This document shows, piece after piece, positions 59,623 to 64,000 of a stretch of DNA of 64,000 nt (the stretch's first letter is position 1; every line of letters begins with the position of its first letter). The stretch is from Nitrospirota bacterium (GTDB taxonomy: Bacteria; Nitrospirota; Nitrospiria; 2-01-FULL-66-17), in NCBI GenBank assembly GCA_049325335.1, contig JBMOMC010000001.1, forward strand, positions 192,001 to 256,000. Reading direction: 5' to 3'. Below the pieces are notes generated by a model. The model did no database searches. It was not told the DNA's origin and saw only the letters and a program-made list of their open reading frames with translations. Made by a program: the position numbers and the translations under genes.

Positions 59623-60468
59623 TCAGCCGAACAGTGCGCGTTCGGCGTCGTACGTCTTCTTAAACGCGTCTTCGATCTGGGCGAGCGCGTCCTCGGTCAG
59701 TTTGAGTTCCACCGCGGCCGGTAACGAGAGAATGTCCACCTCCATGGGCGCGCGCACGCCGATGCCCACTTTGTCGCACAGATGGGCCGCCACATTGACG
59801 ATCGCGCCTAAGCGACGCACGTACGGGTCGTTCGGATCGAGTTTGGAAATGTCGTGGTGATAGGTCACCACGTGCTCTAATTCCGGAGAGAAGTTCCATT
59901 TCTGCAAGACCAAGCCGCCGACCTCGGCGTGGGTGAACCCGAACACCTCTCGTTCCACCTCCACCGCGTCGCGGCCCTCGTTGTACACCGTGGCCATGAC
60001 CTGAGAATAGCGCTCGGGATCCGTGTTGTTCATGACCACCCGGCCGATGTCGTGGAGTAACCCGGCCGTAAAGACCTCTTCACCTTTTTTGAGTCCGGAC
60101 ACCTTCTCCAAATGGTGGGACGCCATCGCCGAGCCCACGGAGTGATCGTGCAACATTTTTTCGGCCAGTCCGAACCGCTTGTACACGTCCTTGGTGGACG
60201 CCGCGAACACGACGTTCGACAAGGTCTGAAACCCGATGACCACGATCGCCTGGCTGATCGTGTTGATCGCGCGCCGGCATCCGTAGAACGAAGAGTTGGC
60301 GATCTTGAGCACCCGCGCGGCCAGCGCCTGATCCACCGAGATCGCCTTGTTCAACGCCTCGGCCGTGGTGTTCTCATCCGCCAGCAGGCTGACCACCCGC
60401 CCCGCGATGGCCGGCATCGTGGGCAGGTCGCAGCTCTTCATGATCAGGGTTTCAAGTTCCGTCGGCAT
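59623..60468 (-). CDS. HDOD domain protein
   Basis: LPTMPAI, DQALAARVLKIANSSFYG, AGLLHDIGR, GFTHAEVG. Confidence 0.92.
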   Translation of the reverse strand: MPTELETLIMKSCDLPTMPAIAGRVVSLLADENTTAEALNKAISVDQALAARVLKIANSSFYGCRRAINTISQAIVVIGFQTLSNVVFAASTKDVYKRFGLAEKMLHDHSVGSAMASHHLEKVSGLKKGEEVFTAGLLHDIGRVVMNNTDPERYSQVMATVYNEGRDAVEVEREVFGFTHAEVGGLVLQKWNFSPELEHVVTYHHDISKLDPNDPYVRRLGAIVNVAAHLCDKVGIGVRAPMEVDILSLPAAVELKLTEDALAQIEDAFKKTYDAERALFG

Positions 60469-60729
60469 CGTCGCTCCTCCCTGTACGGCACCACCTGGGC
60501 CAACAGCCGTTCAGTATAGCGGCAGTTCCGGACGTTGCCAAAATTTCACAGGGGTGCACGTGGTCGGACAAGGATTCCAGCCACGCGGCACCCCATATAC
60601 AGGGCCTCTAGGCCTACGCCTATTGGTCCGTTGACAGTGCCGCGGGCCTTCCTTAGAATGGCCGCTCCGGGGCTGCGTGCCCTGTTGTGTCCGCTCACTC
60701 TCAGCATCGATCACTCAAGGAGGTTCCAT

Positions 60730-62973
60730 ATGTCGCTGCAATCCGTGCAGGCGGTCTATAAAAAAATGGCCGAGGTCGCGCCCAAGGCCCGCAAGAAGTT
60801 CGGCCGTCCCCTCACGTTGGCCGAAAAAATCCTGGTCTCGCACGCGGATGATTTCGATACGCAGGTGTGGGAGCGCGGGAAGGCGCAGTTGCTGCTACGG
60901 CCCGACCGCGTGGCTATGCAGGACGCCACCGCGCAGATGGCGCTGCTGCAGTTCATGCAGGCCGGCAAGAAGCGCGTGGCCGTGCCCAGCACCGTGCACT
61001 GCGACCATTTGATCCGCGCCCAATCCGGCGCGAAGGCGGACATCGATCGCGCGATCGAAGAGAACAAAGAGGTCTACAACTTCCTCCGCTCGGCTGCGAG
61101 CAAATACGGCATCGGATTCTGGAAGCCGGGCGCCGGCATCATCCACCAGGTGGTCCTGGAAAATTACGGATTCCCCGGCGGCCTGATCATCGGCACCGAC
61201 TCGCACACCCCCAACGGCGGCGGCCTGGGCATGCTGGCGATCGGCGTGGGCGGCGCGGATGCGGGCGAAGTCATGGCCGGGCTGCCCTGGGAAGTGCTGC
61301 ATCCCAAACTGATCGGCGTGAGGCTCACCGGCCAATTGCAGGGCTGGGCGTCTGCGAAAGACGTGATCCTGTACCTGTGCGGCCTGCTCACGGTCAAGGG
61401 CGGCACCAACAAGATCATCGAATACTTCGGCCCCGGCGCAGCCACGATTTCCGCCACCGGTAAGGGCACCATCACCAACATGGGCGCGGAATTGGGTGCC
61501 ACCACCTCGATCTTCCCGTTCGACGAGAAGATGGTGGCGTACCTGAACATCACCGAGCGCGCCGACCAGGCGAAACTGGCGCAGGCCAACAAAGAATTAT
61601 TGGTGGCCGACCCGGAAGTCATGCAATCGCCCGAGAAGTATTACGACCAGATCGTCGAGATCAATCTCTCGGAGTTGGAACCGCACGTGGTGGGCCCGCA
61701 CACACCGGACCTCGCGCGCCCCGTCTCCAAACTCCCGTCCGAGGCCAAGGAAAAGAGCTACCCCATGCAGCTCACCGCCGCCCTTATCGGGAGCTGCACC
61801 AACTCCTCCTACGAAGACATCAGCCGCGCCGCGCACATCGCGCGCCAGGGGCTGAAGGCGGGGCTGAAAGCCAAGGCGCAATTTCTGGTCACCCCCGGCT
61901 CCGAGCGCATTTACCACACCATGCAGCGCGACGGGTTCATGAAAACGTTCGAAGACATGGGCGGCACCGTGCTCGCGAACGCCTGCGGCCCGTGCATCGG
62001 CCAATGGAAGCGCGAAGACGTCAAACAAGGCGAGAAGAACTCGATCATCAGCTCGTTCAACCGCAACTTCCCCGCGCGCAACGACGGCAACTCGGAAACA
62101 CTCTCGTTCCTCTCCAGCCCCGAGGTCGTGACCGCGATGGCGTTTGCCGGAACATTGGACTTTAACCCCGTGACCGGCACGCTGACGACCAAGGACGGCA
62201 GCAAGATCAAATTCGAGCCCCCGGTCGGCGAGGAGTTGCCGGCCAAGGGCTTCGCCAAGGGTGAAGAAGGCTTCATCGCCCCGGCCGAAAATGGCGACGC
62301 TGTGAAAATCGACGTGGCCCCCGGCAGCGACCGCCTAGCTCTGCTCGAACCGTTCCCGAAATGGGACGGCAAAGACTTCGCCAAACTCCCCATCCTCTTG
62401 AAGGCCAAAGGCAAGTGCACCACCGACCACATCTCCCCGGCCGGCCCGTGGCTCAAATACCGCGGCCACTTGGACAAGATCAGCGACAACATGTTCCTGG
62501 GCGCCACCAACGCCTTTACCGGCGAAGCCGGCAAAGTGACCAACGCGTTAAGCGGCGAAACCGGCAAGACACCCAGCGCCGTCGCGCGCGTCTACAAGGC
62601 CCAAGGCATCGGCTCCATCGTGATCGGCGACGAAAACTACGGCGAAGGCAGCAGCCGCGAACACGCCGCCATGTCCCCCCGATTCTTGGGCGTGAACGTG
62701 GTCATCACCAAGAGCTTTGCCCGCATCCACGAAACGAACTTGAAGAAGCAGGGCATCCTGCCCCTGACCTTCGCGAATCCCGCGGACTACGACAAGTTCG
62801 AAGAAAAAGACCGCGTGAGCATCACAGGTCTGTCGGCGTTAGCGCCTGGCAAACCCGTGGACGTAACCATCCACAAGGCCAGTGGGGACGTGAAGATCCA
62901 GGCTAACCACAGCATGACGGCGCAGCAGATTGGGTGGTTCAAGGCGGGGTCGGCGCTGAACGCCTTGGGATAA
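60730..62973 (+). CDS. Aconitate hydratase (mitochondrial-like type)
   Basis: [70 protein letters not shown]. Confidence 0.96.
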   Translation: MSLQSVQAVYKKMAEVAPKARKKFGRPLTLAEKILVSHADDFDTQVWERGKAQLLLRPDRVAMQDATAQMALLQFMQAGKKRVAVPSTVHCDHLIRAQSGAKADIDRAIEENKEVYNFLRSAASKYGIGFWKPGAGIIHQVVLENYGFPGGLIIGTDSHTPNGGGLGMLAIGVGGADAGEVMAGLPWEVLHPKLIGVRLTGQLQGWASAKDVILYLCGLLTVKGGTNKIIEYFGPGAATISATGKGTITNMGAELGATTSIFPFDEKMVAYLNITERADQAKLAQANKELLVADPEVMQSPEKYYDQIVEINLSELEPHVVGPHTPDLARPVSKLPSEAKEKSYPMQLTAALIGSCTNSSYEDISRAAHIARQGLKAGLKAKAQFLVTPGSERIYHTMQRDGFMKTFEDMGGTVLANACGPCIGQWKREDVKQGEKNSIISSFNRNFPARNDGNSETLSFLSSPEVVTAMAFAGTLDFNPVTGTLTTKDGSKIKFEPPVGEELPAKGFAKGEEGFIAPAENGDAVKIDVAPGSDRLALLEPFPKWDGKDFAKLPILLKAKGKCTTDHISPAGPWLKYRGHLDKISDNMFLGATNAFTGEAGKVTNALSGETGKTPSAVARVYKAQGIGSIVIGDENYGEGSSREHAAMSPRFLGVNVVITKSFARIHETNLKKQGILPLTFANPADYDKFEEKDRVSITGLSALAPGKPVDVTIHKASGDVKIQANHSMTAQQIGWFKAGSALNALG

Positions 62974-63012
62974 GCGCCTACGGACATCGTCGGGTGGACA
63001 TGGAACCGGTAG

Positions 63013-63249
63013 ATGCCAACCGTTATTAGGTCTGGCCCCTACCGGTTCTTCTTTTACGCGGACGACCACAATGAACCTCCGCACATTCATATCGAGCGAG
63101 ACGACAAGGTTGCCAAATTCTGGCTCGATCCGATACGCTTACAGAGTAGCGGCGGGTTCTCACGGGCGGACATCGCGCGGATCGAAAGACTCGTGAGGAC
63201 CAACCGAACGAAACTGATCCGGGAGTGGAATGAGTATTTCGGCCGTTGA
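63013..63249 (+). CDS. DUF4160 protein (putative toxin-antitoxin component)
   Basis: MPTV..GPYRFFFY..HNEPPHIHI..AKFWL. Confidence 0.85.
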   Translation: MPTVIRSGPYRFFFYADDHNEPPHIHIERDDKVAKFWLDPIRLQSSGGFSRADIARIERLVRTNRTKLIREWNEYFGR

Positions 63250-63574
63250 AATCGAAGTCCCCTTGGCCCAAAAGGTCACGGTCACCGACGATACGCTCTG
63301 CGTTGACCTGAGTGACGGGCGTAGCATCTCAGTCCCGTTGGCCTGGTTTCCCCGATTGCAACACGCGTCATCGACCGAACGCAAACGCTGGCGCCTAATC
63401 GGGAAAGGGCACGGCATTCACTGGGAAGACCTTGATGAAGACATCAACGTCGAAGGGTTGCTGGCAGGTTGGCCTTCCGGCGAGAGTCAACTCTCTTTCA
63501 AACGTTGGCTGGAGACCCGCACGCCTCGTCGCCCCAAGCGTTCAAACGGACACGGGAAAAGCGCCAGACGGTGA
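63230..63574 (+). CDS. DUF2442 protein (partner of DUF4160)
   Basis: LSDGRSISVPLAWFPRL...GIHWEDLDEDI. Confidence 0.87.
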   Translation: MSISAVEIEVPLAQKVTVTDDTLCVDLSDGRSISVPLAWFPRLQHASSTERKRWRLIGKGHGIHWEDLDEDINVEGLLAGWPSGESQLSFKRWLETRTPRRPKRSNGHGKSARR

Positions 63575-63706
63575 CGCGGGTGAGTCGCAATCACTGAAGT
63601 CAATAAGTCAAGTCTGACCCCGATCGGCCCCGTCGTCGTAGGCTACCGGCTGCCGCGGACCGATGGCCCGCCACGTTGAATCCATTTCGCGCCGCTTCGC
63701 ACGCGC

Positions 63707-64000
63707 ATGCTTGACGTCATCGAACTAATCATCGGGCTCCTGATCGGCGTCGCCGCGCTGTCGGCCCTCGCGCGAAAGATGCTCGTGCCCCCGGCGATCG
63801 TCCTGGTCGTCGGCGGCGCCCTGTTCGGGCTGATCCCAGGGCTGCCACCGGTGCATCTCGATCCGGACATGGTCTTTCTGTTCCTGCTGCCGCCGCTGCT
63901 CTATCCCGCGGCCCTGTTTACCTCGTGGAGGGATTTTCAGGCTAATTTGCGGACGATCTCGCTCTTGGCGGTGGGCTTGGTGCTGTTCACCACCGCCGCG
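63707..64000 (+). CDS. Na+/H+ antiporter, CPA1/NhaP family (partial, runs off the window end)
   Basis: My translation MLDVIELIIGLL...LDPDMVFLFLLPPLLYPAA..SWRDF..NLRTISLLAVGLV. Confidence 0.85.
   Translation, partial: MLDVIELIIGLLIGVAALSALARKMLVPPAIVLVVGGALFGLIPGLPPVHLDPDMVFLFLLPPLLYPAALFTSWRDFQANLRTISLLAVGLVLFTTAA

Noticed and set aside
60535..60729. N-terminal extension of the aconitase ORF (similar extensions on fliP, fliI, the PPIase, the barrel and FGE 2)
   Set aside because: ORF-caller over-extension; an RBS or a coupled start exists downstream in most of these cases
63575..63625. AAGTCAAGTCTGACCCC REP-like half site after the DUF2442 gene
   Set aside because: No convincing partner arm nearby; too short to support a call

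Overview
GC-rich bacterial chromosomal window; a Nitrospirota-like origin is my inference from gene style, not demonstrated. (1) 1-31.5 kb: motility region. A minus-strand signalling block (PAS histidine kinase, globin-coupled histidine kinase, REC/HD-GYP regulator, partial cheA) carries two sigma28-like promoters. Two divergent flagellar operons each have a sigma54-type promoter: fliK-flgDE-fliLMNOPQR-flhBAFG-fliA, and TPR-sigma54 activator-flgBC-fliEFGHIJ-MotE-like. (2) 31.5-44.2 kb: sthA, a NagD-like hydrolase, an AT-richer islet with two lipoproteins and a frameshift-fused BrnT toxin/antitoxin, yajQ, a hybrid kinase, an ABC-2 transporter, lolA and ftsK, plus small palindromic elements. (3) 44.4-58.0 kb, the highlight: a co-oriented 11-gene cluster that looks like an OmcE-type cytochrome-nanowire system. 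It encodes three secreted cytochromes built on the OmcE tetraheme module (5, 4 and about 12 heme motifs), two NHL beta-propeller lipoproteins, a SurA/PpiC chaperone, an outer-membrane beta-barrel, three apparently non-catalytic FGE/SUMF1-fold proteins and a four-helix-bundle gene. Hairpins built of 8-nt repeats sit at its gene junctions. (4) 58-64 kb: AAA ATPase, HDOD protein, aconitase, a DUF4160/DUF2442 pair and a partial Na+/H+ antiporter. Family assignments rest on motif recognition by eye; no database search was run. No rRNA, tRNA or CRISPR array was seen.
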